Part shown: positions 22,501-33,517 of the stretch, piece after piece | Layout: each line of letters opens with the position of its first letter | Numbering within the stretch: the stretch's first letter is position 1 | NCBI RefSeq assembly: GCF_011745625.1 | Contig: NW_027191455.1 | Location: 496,001 to 560,000, forward strand | DNA: 64,000 nucleotides | Origin: Cladosporium halotolerans | Taxonomy: Eukaryota | Reading direction: 5' to 3' | Notes under the pieces: model-generated | The model's input: the letters and a program-made list of their open reading frames with translations, nothing else | Databases searched by the model: none | What the model was told of the DNA's origin: nothing | Made by a program: the position numbers and the translations under genes

Positions 22501-25500
22501 CCGCTTAGCCCATTCATCCGAGCAGGCATTTCGACACGTCCGTTTTGCAACAAATTTTTTCCTTCGCTTGCTGATCGCTGGCGGCCTGCGCTGCCACGTT
22601 GCCTCTGCCCGCAATCCCTGGTTCGCGTTGGAATCCTTTCGCTTAGCACATCCGGCCCTCCTTCCAATACTCCGAACGGCATGCGGAGGAATGCACGATG
22701 AAACCAAACAGGTAGCACAAGCAACGTCGTTCCCATGCCAGGCCAGATCAGGCTCGCCATGCAGTCGTGGCGCGATCGGCATTCTCATTGATCGCCCGGC
22801 ACCCACCAGCACACACATGCATGAGCCCTCCCTCGGCCCGGTCGGGCGACGAGAAAGTGAGTCGATTTTTTTTCTCCGCTGGGTTCAGCAGTGTGCTAAT
22901 CTGCGAGGCGCCTCTCGGGCTGCGCGCCCCGGCCGTTGCGCTGGCTCGACGCCAGGCCGCCGGGGAGCTCTCGGGTTTGCCTCTGGCTCTCCCAAGCGTT
23001 CCGCCGGTTTGGAGGAACCTGGGCTGTGGGTTTTCGAGGGGAGGCCGCCCGGTGGGCGAGGCTGGTTGTTGCTACTGCTGCTCTTTTACGTGCCCGGTCG
23101 GTAGGCGTGAGACATGGCTTCCGCTGCGCTGGGACGGAGACGCGACGAGAGAACGTTGCGGCGCGTCGGTGTTGATGTGCGTTCCGCCCTCGCGTGGTTT
23201 TCCCGCTCCATCCCCTATAACGTCCTGTAATGTACACACGGCTCGCACGCTCTGTCTTCATTCTCGGTCATCACAGCCGAGCGAAATCCGCGAGCGAGGT
23301 TCGCGTCGCCGACGTCCCCTCGAAGATCTGCCCTTATGCTTCCAATTCGCGCCTACTACTGCAGGGCCAGATCCGTCGCGGTCGAGGAATCCACATTTCC
23401 AGGCCCGCTTTCGTGCGTCCTTTCCCCACAGCCTCCGCAACTCTCCAGTATTCGCAGACGCGGTAGTGGACTGGAGCAGTGCCGCGGATACGTGTACAGC
23501 TAGCCACCCCAAATGCCATGTCCCAAACAAACAAAATTCCGCCGAACCACCGGAGCCCAGCCCGACCCCATCACCAACCCATCGAAATCCCAAATCATCA
23601 AAGCAAAAGAAAAAAACAACCACGTCCCGCAACCGCGTCGCGTCGCGCTCTGCCAGCCCTACGCCCACGCCTCCCCCCTCCAGGCCTTATTCCGATTGGC
23701 CCCCGCCGGCCCCCCAGCTATAAGACCAAACCGCGTCTTCCACCCTTGCCCATAACTCGCTGGAGATATACAGCCCCGAATCACAAACACCCAGCCGTTT
23801 CCGGCACCCCCTGGGTACCCTACCGTTGCTCTGTCGGAGCTGGGCGCTGGCGCCGGCATCCCGAGATTTCGGGACGGGGAGATCGGTCGCTTGTTCTGCT
23901 GTATCGGACGGGTCGCGGCGCGGATCGCGGTGGTGTCTATCTCGCGGCGGCTGCGCCGGGGAGGATGGGCCGGTGTTGCACTGCGTGTGTGTGCGTGTGT
24001 GTGCTACCTTATTACTAGATACTGAGATCGGGCTCGGTGGGCCGAGGGTTTGGCTGTTGGAAGCGGAGGCGGAGGCGGAGGCGCGGGCGGGAGATGCCCG
24101 CCCTGGTTGTAAGTGGCGAGTATATAGCTGGATGCATGAGGTGTCGATTTCTTTTGCCGCGGTATGATGCTATGCCATGCCGGTTAGAGCTGGGATGCCG
24201 TCAGGCTGGCCGAGCGCAGTACGGATGGTACTTGCTGGGTAAGGTAAATTGAGGGATTTGGTCGCGAGGCATCGATATGACAAACTTCTCGCACGGAGTC
24301 TCGAGGTGCTTACCTATCTCGGGCGCTGCACCTTTCGATTCCAGAGACAAGTCAACCGCACAAAGACACTAGGTGCTTTCCTCCGGCAGCCCAAGTCTGC
24401 ACCACACCCCCTCATCAAACCCACCAAACCAGAGCCCTTCGCACAATACCCAACCCCAAGCCCTACGCGCACCATCAACCAGCCAGCCAGCCAGCAAGCA
24501 ACACCTCCCTCACCATCCCCTCCAACCCCCCATCGCCCGATGCCGACGTCCCTTTAGACTTTCCACAGCGCTCCCATCCAATTCCCCGAACGCGCCGCGC
24601 GACGCGTTCCCGCCGCAGTCATCTCCCAGCTACCAGGTCGAGAATTTTACACTTTTCGCAACGGCCGATGAGGTCAGCTCGGTTGAGGGCTGCAAAGCAT
24701 CGGGAGGAACGCAACGGCGCGATCGCATTTCTGGGTTGTTGGGTGGGCTGACGTGAGCGTGTAGGCGAGAAGGAGGAGCGGGGGGCTGGGGTTGAGGAGG
24801 GAGAAGCGGACGGCGGACGGGTAGGTGGGTGAGTTGGTGTGCGATGGGATAGTGCTGAGTGGGCTGACTGGACTGCTGGTGATGAGTAGAGCCTTGGCTT
24901 GGCTTCGGCATTGTTGCGTTCTTTCTCGAAGCGGTTGTCGGCTGCTGAGTGGGGTTCTTGATTTGGGAATAGATTATGTCATGGAGTGAGATGTTCACGA
25001 CGTCAAGGATCGATCGAGGGCTCGAGAACGAAAGCAGAAGTGAGATGAGACTGGGAAAGATTGTGACAGCTCCTCAGAACACGTATGTCGTTTCGTTTGA
25101 TTTCGCTGCAGAACCAACGCGACTACATACTTCTGTCTGTCTGTTTTTTCTGCGCACCAGCGTCTCAAGAGCCATCCATCGCGCAAAATCGATCAGCCTA
25201 CCAACGGCACCCCTGTCGTGCCAGAAATCGAAGAGGAGAAACTCTGCCAGACGACGTGATGCATCAAACGAATGAGACCACTGTCGTCCGGCGAGCCTCC
25301 AGACCGATGTCCGCGACAGGAAAATGCCTAATCAGCCGAGTCGAATGCCTGCTCTGAGCGCGTTGCCGATACATTCGATCGCACACGCAACGCAACGCAA
25401 ACTGGGCAAAAGCGCCCTGCTGTGAATTGTTTCTGAAGAACGAGAAGAAGATAAAACGCACACCAATCCACCAACAAAAAAGGTATTAGCCAGGCGAGAT

Positions 25501-26149
25501 CCGAAAGCAGAGACGAAAGGGATGAGAAACTCCATCGTGCTCAAGCAGGCGTTGTTGCTGTTCCGCGGCCGCGAGCTTATTGTCATCGTTGCTGTCCTTG
25601 TCCGGCCCGAATCCGCCCAGGGAAGAAGAGATGCAGAATGTGATAAGGGAGTGTGAGAGGAGAGTCGTGTCGCACGGTTCAACCCTGTTGCGTGCCGTCG
25701 GTTGGTGGTGTTACCCCACCGAGTGAGCTTTTGTCGTTAAGATGGCTGGTGCAAATGTCCAATCTGTCACTGCCGTCTCAAGCTCCTGTACGAGATCCGC
25801 AAACAGGTTGGGTGTGCTGTGCTCCGCCGTGTGTTGTAAAAGCTCAAATATGCAAGAAGTCGAAGAAAAGTCGGTCAGACCTCATGAGAACTGATCCAAG
25901 AGGTAAGGTGTGAGGGGTATCATAGAGAATAGAGATGTTAGGTGTGAACGCCACCCATGTCATTCCAGGTTCTTCCGTCAGCACTTGACTTGCGAAGACT
26001 GGTGCCCAGTACCGTTCGTTAAAACAAGAGAGATATGTTGGGTATCGTGTCGTGAGATGATGTTGCCACCACTAGCACGTCTCGGCAACGAGCGATGTAG
26101 TGGCTGTGTTGTGTTGAATCGCCGAGAAAAGTGTTGTAAGCTTGAGAGC

Positions 26150-27283
26150 TTACATGGATCCAAGTTGAAGGAGAGCTTCAACAGCTGCCTTCTCCTCTGG
26201 TGTTTGATGCGCCGGGTTGGTTGGGTCAACGTGGCCACGAGGGAAGGAGCTAGAGTGCAGGCTGCGTTCAGTCATGCCGGAATAGCGCCTTGACCATGCC
26301 TGAGATGGTCGGCGCATAGACATGGGCATGCTCATGGCCTGGTAGTTCTGGCGTGGCATGCCAGGAGTGGGCAACGAAGCCTTCCTGAGTGCCACGGGAC
26401 CAGAGACTGACCAGTCCTCTTCATCCGTTGCGGAGTCGGAGTCCGATTCGGAGTCAGTTGGGAGATCGCCATCGAGGGACATCTTGTCCGCCTCGTTCTC
26501 AGGGACGTCCATGTCCATGTGATCGAGCTCGTCTTCCTCACGAAGACTACCGGAGTTTGTCCAGCTCTCGCCGGAGTGCTCGCGGTAGGGATTCGGCGGG
26601 CCAGACATGCCAAGGGTGGAGTCGTTGTACGACATGGCAAAGCTGCTGCGCTCGCTGCGAGGAGGAGAGAACTTGCCCTCGTTGAACGAGCCGATGGCGC
26701 TGTCGCGGGACGAGCCCTTGACGTGCGCGTCCCATCGACCCCAGCCCGTCTTGCTGAAAGCGATGTTGCCCTCTGGTCCGCCACCGGCACGGCTCTCCAG
26801 CGCAGCGACGACCAGACGACGGGCTTTGGCAGGCGGGATGCGCGAAAAGCCAGGCACGCTGTGGTTCAGCTCTCCGATCACGATGCGGATGGCGGTAGGC
26901 CCATTGCCCAGCATGATGCCGGGCAGGTAGTCCTTCGCCAGCATCGCAGGTGTAATCGCAGCACTAGCGTCCAGCCCGGACAGCGCGCCTTTGCTAAGTG
27001 GCAAGCCGCCCGGGACTGGCTCTTGCGGCGGCGTGGTGCCATGCGCAACCTCGCCGTCCTGCAGGTCGATCTCCTCCTCGATGTTGAGCAGCGGCGCGGA
27101 GGCCAGAGGGTGCGCGCCATGCGCGGGCATGGTCGGGGAGATGGAGTTGGGCGGCGTCATCAGGGCGAGGCCGCGCGCGATGCCCGACTTGTTGTTGGGG
27201 GCGTGGAGGTCGCGCGGCTTGGAGCTGGCGGCGGTCTTAGCAGGCGAGGCGGGAGCCATCGCGTGGGAGTGAGCCGTGGCCAT
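26150..27283 (-). CDS. STB3: Sin3-binding protein Stb3 (RRPE-binding transcriptional regulator family, 377 aa)
   Basis: Stb3 domain ITPAMLAKDYLPGIMLGNGPTAIR..L..SVPGFSRIPPAKARRLVVAALE...F.KTGWGRW; TDEEDW motif; C-terminal EEKAAVEALLQL. 5'-UTR intron 27512-27314 (GTGAGT...TACTGAC...CAG). Confidence 0.9.
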   Translation of the reverse strand: MATAHSHAMAPASPAKTAASSKPRDLHAPNNKSGIARGLALMTPPNSISPTMPAHGAHPLASAPLLNIEEEIDLQDGEVAHGTTPPQEPVPGGLPLSKGALSGLDASAAITPAMLAKDYLPGIMLGNGPTAIRIVIGELNHSVPGFSRIPPAKARRLVVAALESRAGGGPEGNIAFSKTGWGRWDAHVKGSSRDSAIGSFNEGKFSPPRSERSSFAMSYNDSTLGMSGPPNPYREHSGESWTNSGSLREEDELDHMDMDVPENEADKMSLDGDLPTDSESDSDSATDEEDWSVSGPVALRKASLPTPGMPRQNYQAMSMPMSMRRPSQAWSRRYSGMTERSLHSSSFPRGHVDPTNPAHQTPEEKAAVEALLQLGSM

Positions 27284-29853
27284 GATGGTGGGTGGCGGAA
27301 GTGGTGAGCTTTCCTGTACGCAGCCGGTGAGTCAGTACGGCTGGCGTTGGAGCTGGAGCTTGGTTGGACGCGGCTGATCGGCGTGGCAAGCGTGACGATG
27401 CGCGGAGGGATGTAGGAACGTCGATCACGACGGGCGCGGCGACGGGGGTTGATATGGGGTTGTGTGTGCGAAGGAGGGAGGTCAGAGGGCGGGAGTCGGG
27501 CGGGCGACTCACTTGAATCAGGTCAAGAAAGCTATCGCGACGGACGATGCGCGTCGGGGATGAGTCGAGCGATAAGCCGGGTGTTGTGGCCGAAAGCGGC
27601 AGCAGGCTGCAGCTGGGGCGGGTTGTTGTGCAACGGCGGAGGGCGTGAGGGTGGCGAGCAGGAGGCGGATGGCAGCGCGGGCAGGCGGGGTTATTATTGT
27701 CGGACGGGGCGTAATTCGAATTGCGTGTGTTGTGCGTGCGATGGATACAGCAGCAGAGGGCGTGGGCAGTGGGCAGGGCAGGCGGGCGCGCAGCATATCA
27801 CCAGAGGCGACACCCACGCGACGCCAGCCGCGCTGTGATTCGCCTGCACATCCCCATCATCAAGCCGGCGCTGCCCTGCGCGCGCCCACGCCCGCTCGGC
27901 CGTTCCAACTGTGCGCTGCTTTACGCTTTCACGCTGCCGCTTCCAGGCCACATGGCGCGATTGATAGGCTGCGCAGCGCCTCTATCGCCCTGCAGTCCTG
28001 CTCGAGCCGGCTCTATTTCGTGCGCGTCGCTGAGGCACCCACGGTATGCCGCACGCCATGTCTCTTCGCCGCCTTGCGCCTGCGACTCCGACCGCCAGCG
28101 TCCGAGTCGTGCGGAGAGCCACGGCTCCGACAGCGCCGTGTGCTCCGATCGCGCCTGGCCAGATCGCAGCGTCACCTCTCTCCTATACCTGCGTCGAGCG
28201 CATCCAGAACGCCACTCCCGCCCAGTCCGCGCGGCACCTGGCCTCCTGACACCTGTTCCAAACACCCGCAATCTGCCTGCCTCGCATCATCGCAGAGCCC
28301 TGCCCTGCCCGCGCTCCTCTCCTCGTCATCTGCTCCGGCCCCGCCCGTCCCCGCCGAGCGCATGCGCCTCTGTCATCCTGACGAGAAGCTGGCCGCAAGC
28401 CTGCGCGCGCCTGCAGCTAGGGCACGCACACGCGCAGCCACAGCCGACGCTCGCTGGCTCCCACCTGTTCACGCGCGCGCTGCGCTGGCGATCCAGTTCC
28501 CGCACTAATGCCCAAACTCCACGCCTGCTGGCAGCGTCGGCGGCGCGCCCAGAAGGCCTCGCTAACGACGCCGAATGATGTGCATGTCTGCAGGCCACGA
28601 GGCGCTTGACTGGCTGGCGAGAGCGTCTATCGTCCGAAGATCCACCTTTGGGCGGAGCGGCTGTGGAGGGGTAACTGCTGTGCCTCGCCGTGAGGTGAGG
28701 GGTTTTTGAAGGCACCCTTTCCGTAACCCACTGAGGGACAATATGGCGCCGGCGTTATTGTCGCTCGTAGAGGGGTATTTCGACGGTGCGATGTATGACT
28801 CTTGGCCGAGCGATTTCGGCGATCGTTGCTCGGAGTCAGCACGTACTCGTATAGCTGACCTGAGACCTGACAATAGCAGCCGAGGCCTCATGGGACGGAT
28901 CATGACGTTTGCGCAGAACAGGATCCGGAAATAGATGCGAAAGGATCCGTGGGACTATAACATCATCAGCTTCGCTTGGCTCATCGCTATACCGGTTTTC
29001 GTCATTGCCGTCTTGTCCAAGGCCCACGCCTGGGTAACTGACATCCTGGTCGCCGTTGGGCCCCATGTCGTGACTGACGATACGATGATACGTCACCGAG
29101 AGTTATTAGTCGAAGCAGACTGTACCAACAATTCAGCCACGTTGACAAAGAGCGGACAAAACTGTGGATTACGTTGGCCGTACGTCCTCGTTATGTCTCA
29201 CACTCTGCTGTCTGTTCCCAGGATCATTGTGAGGTCCTACGAACATCACACCTTGATTTGACGTAGGCAAAAGATGATGATAGCACGGTATCGTTGGCTA
29301 CCTTCCTGGAAAGGGCCTGAATATCTTGATTCGATTAGAGTACCCTCGTCAATGAGTAAAGCCTAGCATGCCGTGGAGTTCTGGTCTAGACGTTGTTTCG
29401 TTCTTTGAAAAGACGGTTGCGGTGTTTGGTCCGCGTGTGTTGCGCATCAGAACACTATAGCCACCCTCTAAGAGACTCGCTAGCCAGACCGCCGCGGTAG
29501 ATTCCTCTTTCTCGACGTCCTCCTGTTCAACTCGCGGTTGGCCCTCGTTCTCCAATGCGGCGCTACGGCTCTCCGGCGTCGTTATGGCGGCATGCTCGCA
29601 TGCCTCAAGCGATCCCGTCTCAAGCAGAGATGGACGAGCCTTTTCCCCTCGTCTTCTCTAATCGTCTTTCATGACCGTAGATTGTAAATTGAGTCCCCTC
29701 TAGGGCCGAGACAGTCCGGGCCATATGAGTGTTGCATGTAGTAGGTATCGCGCGACGGCGTGTCCAGGCTCATGCTGCACGTTCGGCGCATCCTCTCATT
29801 CATCAAGTGCCCAGGAGAATAGCATGCAACCCATGTTGCAGGCGTAAACCCGA

Positions 29854-30345
29854 TCAGTTCTCACGCCACTCCGTAGCGCACTCGACACACTTGTAAAAGC
29901 TCGTCGACGGCTCGTCGGCGCTGCGAATCTGCACCTGCCTGAAATACGCCATGCGGCACTCGCACCCTTCGCGCGGGCACTTCGCTGTTGAGTCGCAAAT
30001 CGCGTCAGCAAACCAATCTCCCAACACCCATCTCAAAGCCAGGACTAAACTCACCCTCCGTCTTATCCACGTTCTTCCAGCTGTCCGCGCCGCCCAGCAC
30101 GTCGTCGGCGGCCTTGGTCTCCATGTTCTTGCGCTCGTAGTACCGCCGGTCGAGGATCATCTGGTAGGGACACGTGCGGCACTCGAAGCGGTTCTTGCCT
30201 GCATGCTGGAGGTCCGAGGGCGCGAGTTCGTGGTGTTTAAGCGTTGTTATGGTCAGCATGTTGCTGCAGGATGGGCAGACTGGGAGGTATTAGGGCGGTC
30301 TGGAGGTTTCGAAGCGGGGTGGTAGGTGTATGTACAGAGGAGCAT
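29854..30345 (-). CDS. RPC11: RNA polymerase III subunit C11 (RPC10/RPC11, ~121 aa, 3 exons)
   Basis: Exons 30345-30336, 30279-30055 and 29984-29854. Product MLLFCPSCSNML...RFECRTCPY...DDVLGG.DSWKNVDKT...AYFRQVQIRSADEPSTSFYKCVECATEWREN, with a TFIIS-like zinc ribbon and QIRSADEP loop. Confidence 0.95.
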
Positions 30346-30796
30346 TTTGGCTGGATGTGTCTAGGCGCCTGCGATCAAGGGGAATGGAGAGCTGTTTATT
30401 GTGAGGTCGGGATTGCAGGTGCCGGTGCTGATCGGATAGCTCCAGGTAGGTAGATTCGCATGTGAAAGACTTCTAGAACTTTTGGGCTGCTGCAGCCTTG
30501 ACGGCACATCCCCGCAGCGCGTCAGCCAGCCAGGGACCCCGTTTCACCTTGCCGCCCGTGGCCGTGCGAGAATCATTGCCTCACCCCTCCGCCTGGCCTC
30601 TGCAACAATCCGACCAACATTCCTTCAGCCTCACCACTCTACAGCAAGCTAAACGCCCGGCTACACCGCTCTCGCCTCTCCAATCCACCAACAGAGAAAG
30701 GAAAGAAACTTCCCGACTCGATCAACACATCTCTCCAGCAAACAAGGCAACCAACCAACTCCCTACCGCCCACCCCTCCCTCTCAATCAAAACACC

Positions 30797-31336
30797 ATGT
30801 CCGACGACGGCGCCACCCCCAAAGAACTCCTCTTCGAATCCTGCCGCCGCAACAACACAGCCCTGCTGTCGGACCTCCTCTCCCAGCCGCCCCTCTCCTC
30901 CTCCGCCCCCGCCATAGCCCACTTCCTCAACACGACAACCGACAGCCTGGGCGCCGGCGCCCTGCACCTCGCCGCCAAGCACGGCGCCTACGACGTGCTC
31001 GACGCCCTGCTCGACCAGGAGGGCGTCGAGATCGACCACGCGGAGAAGCGCGAGGGCGACAGCTGCTTGCACGCCGCCGTGCGGTACGTCAACGGGCTGA
31101 GGCCGGACGAGTGGGAGGGCGAGGGGAAGGCGATGGTGGAGATTTTGGTCGACGCGGGCTGCGACCCGAGGGCGAGGAATAAGGCGCGCCTGCGGCCGGT
31201 GGATTTGCTGGACCCGAGGAATGAGGTTGTTAGGGGCGTGCTGCAGAGGGCGGAGGTGCAGTTTCTGGCGGGCGGGGATGTCGTTCAGGAGGATGATGAT
31301 GATGCGCCGGATGGGCCGGGGAGTGAGAGCGACTGA
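30797..31336 (+). CDS. Small ankyrin-repeat protein (179 aa; conserved fungal YCR051W-like family by recollection)
   Basis: GATPKELLFESCRRNN..LL, GAGALHLAAKHG, EGDSCLHAAVRY, MVEILVDAGCDPRARNK; acidic tail. Confidence 0.85.
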   Translation: MSDDGATPKELLFESCRRNNTALLSDLLSQPPLSSSAPAIAHFLNTTTDSLGAGALHLAAKHGAYDVLDALLDQEGVEIDHAEKREGDSCLHAAVRYVNGLRPDEWEGEGKAMVEILVDAGCDPRARNKARLRPVDLLDPRNEVVRGVLQRAEVQFLAGGDVVQEDDDDAPDGPGSESD

Positions 31337-31789
31337 GGGAAGGGAGAAGGGAGGAACTGAGGGAGTCTTTTTGGGAACGAGCTAGATGGAGTCTGCGACA
31401 GCGGGAGATTGGGGGGATATTGAGCGTTTGCCTTTTGGTATGAATTGCATAGCAGCGGCGTTTGGCACGCCTCCACAAGCTTGAGAGCCGTGCCGTGCTT
31501 CTGGTTCGTCTTATATATAGACGTACATATGTCCCGCCTGCGTGCTTGCAGCAGGACGAGCTTGAGTGCTGTGGACCCCTCTTCGCGTCTTTCGCGTTCC
31601 CATTCCCTTGTGCAACGCTTTCCCGCTTGTGAGCTTCACCATTGCTATCGCGAGCCATATGCCGTCCATTCCACCGATCGCAAGGTCGCGGACGCAAGCT
31701 CCATCCCGCCATGCGCCCACCGTCCTCCGCGAATCGCGTTCTCACACATAGTCCCCAAGACGCCATAAGACGTCCTGCCCTGTCAGCAC

Positions 31790-32111
31790 TCACTCCTCAT
31801 CCTCCTCCATCGCCGGGGGCGGCCCAACAGGCAGCACCATGCGCTCCATGCAGTGCCTGCGAACTGCCTCGACGTTCGTGTTCGTGCCCACCGCCATGTA
31901 CAGCATCATGCTCGGGTGGCCCTGGTAGGAGGCGTAGGAGTCGCGCATGACGTTCGACGTCCACTCGTGCTTCGTCGTGTCCGCGTGGCCCGTGCCGACG
32001 TACTTGTTCTGCAGCGCCTCGAGCTGCTGTTGCGTGCGGAGCTTGTCGGCCTGGGTGGGGCGGGGTGGATCAGTATAGATCTGCGATGTTAGGAATGGAT
32101 GAGCTTACCAT
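31790..32111 (-). CDS. YSF3: Splicing factor 3B subunit 5 (SF3b10 / Ysf3, 87 aa)
   Basis: Coding exon 1 is only ATG (32111-32109), then intron 32108-32051 (GTAAGC...ACTGAT...CAG). Exon 2 gives ADKLRTQQQLEALQNKYVGTGHADTTKHEWTSNVMRDSYASYQGH...MERMVLPVGPPP. Absent from the supplied ORF track. Confidence 0.93.
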
Positions 32112-32396
32112 GGTGGGAAGCGATTGAGGAAGTGGGTGTGAGTAGTTGGTTTTGGCGATGCGTGTTGCGATGCGATGCTTGACGGGTTGTGAAGTTGGGC
32201 TCGCGGAGCGGGCAGTTGAAGGATTCACGTGTGAAAGTCTGCCGAGAGCCGAACGTCACATGTCAGACGCGACACGGACGCGACTTTGTTGAGTGCTTTC
32301 GGGGTCTGCAACGGATTCTGAACCACGCTCGAGGGAGCACATGATACTTCGTGCTGGCTCAAAGTGCTGAGCCCAAAGGCCAACAAAACTAGCAAC

Positions 32397-33517
32397 ATGC
32401 CGCTCATTCAGCGAAAACGCCGCCCTGTAAGTCTAACGAATACTAAAACCGAAATTCAAGCTGAACTAACGATCCGTCCAGCAACCCGAGGAAGAAGAGG
32501 AAGTCTCAGATGCAAACGACGACACGCCTCAGCCCGCGACTCAACGACGAAGAACGTCGGCTTCGCCGGACGAAGACGCATACAATGGTGACTCCGGACT
32601 GCTGGAAGACAGCAACGCAGATCAAATGGTCAAGAAATTAGTGAGGCTGGCTCTCGCTAGTGAATACCAGAGACGGCCCATCAGGCGCGCGGATATCAGC
32701 GAGAAGGTACTCGGGAGTCAAGGGCGGCAGTTCAAGAAGGTCTTTGAGAAGGCGCAGACGGAGCTGCGGTCTATATTTGGCATGGAGCTGGTGGAGCTAC
32801 CTGCGAGGGAGAAAGTGACGTTGCAGCAGAGGCGAGGTTAGTTAATACATACGAAGGAGCAGGCAAGTTCTTTGAGCTTCTTACTAACTGCGATTAGCTG
32901 CCGCGAAGGCGGACAAAGCAAACAAGGGCACAGCATCATGGGTGCTCACATCGATCTTGCCATCTGCTTTCCACCATCCGGATATCTTGCCCCCTTCCGC
33001 GGTACCTACTGAGGGCGAAGAGGGCAAGTACACAGGAATCTACAGCGTTATTGTAGCGCTCATATCTCTGTCTGGAGGCCAATTGAACGACAGCAAACTC
33101 GAACGCTACATGAAGCGCGTACATCTGGAAGATTCGACGCCGGTCGAGGGCTACGAGAAGCCCGCAATGCTGATGAAACGAATGGAGAAGGACGGCTACA
33201 TCGTCCGAGTCAAGGAGACTGGCCCGGGTGGAGAAGAAGATGTTTGCTGGATTCTGGGCCCCAGAGCGAAAATAGAGATTGGCGATGCGGGCGTGCGGGG
33301 CCTGACTAGCTGCGTGTACGGCGACCCTGAAGGTGCTGAGGCCGAGGATCTCGAGAGAAGGATTGCAAGATCCCTGGGTGTGGGCGAGAGGCCGGGTGAT
33401 CTGCAGAGGCAGACCCAAGGTGGCGCGGAGAAGAAAAAGCGAGGACGACCAAGGAAAGACGAGCAGCAGGAAGTCCAAAATGATGACGACGAGGATGACG
33501 GAAGCGACGATGATTAG
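32397..33517 (+). CDS. NSE3: MAGE-domain protein, Smc5/6 non-SMC element 3 (~334 aa, 3 exons)
   Basis: Introns 32427-32481 and 32837-32897. MAGE motifs MVKKLVRLALASEYQRRPIRRADISEKVLG..GRQFK.VF..AQ.ELRSIFGMELVELP, MKRMEKDGYI and WILGPRAKIEIG. Confidence 0.9.

Noticed and set aside
20601..28578. Numerous 150-320 aa Arg/Pro/Ala-rich ORFs outside STB3
   Set aside because: Stop-poor GC-rich non-coding DNA, mostly with non-ATG starts and no domain motifs.
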